Assembly: GCF_964213995.1 (NCBI RefSeq)
Contig: NC_135810.1
Coordinates: 54,498,001 to 54,562,000 of the forward strand
DNA: 64,000 nucleotides
Source: Mustelus asterias
Taxonomy: Eukaryota
Direction of reading: 5' to 3'
In this document: piece after piece, positions 63,987 to 64,000 of the stretch
Position numbering within the stretch: the first letter of the stretch is position 1
How the letters are laid out: the number at the start of each line of letters is the position of its first letter
Translations under genes and position numbers: made by a program
The notes under the pieces: generated by a model
The model's input: the letters and a program-made list of their open reading frames with translations, nothing else
The model's database searches: none
What the model was told of the DNA's origin: nothing

Positions 63987-64000
63987 GATGATGTTTTTGT

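Overview
Eukaryotic (vertebrate) genomic DNA, very likely from a shark or other cartilaginous fish, judged by HE1-type SINEs and HER1/CR1 LINE tails. The first ~49.8 kb is mostly transposon relics: CR1, RTE, Rex1/Babar, L2, Tx1, Penelope with hammerhead ribozymes, hAT, PIF/Harbinger and its MITEs, a Gypsy gag remnant, a solo LTR and SINEs. One + strand host gene appears to be embedded in it. It has a CpG-island first exon at ~23.77 kb (perfect Kozak, one transmembrane helix), a probable micro-exon at ~32.6 kb, and a ~14-kb giant exon (49.9-64.0 kb). The giant exon encodes 12 full plus 1-2 degenerate tandem ~290-aa units resembling the FAM75/SPATA31 domain. Its frame has no frameshift and is broken only by one in-frame TAA; exon 1 also carries an in-frame TAG. 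TE boundaries are approximate. Family assignments come from motif recognition, not database searches.
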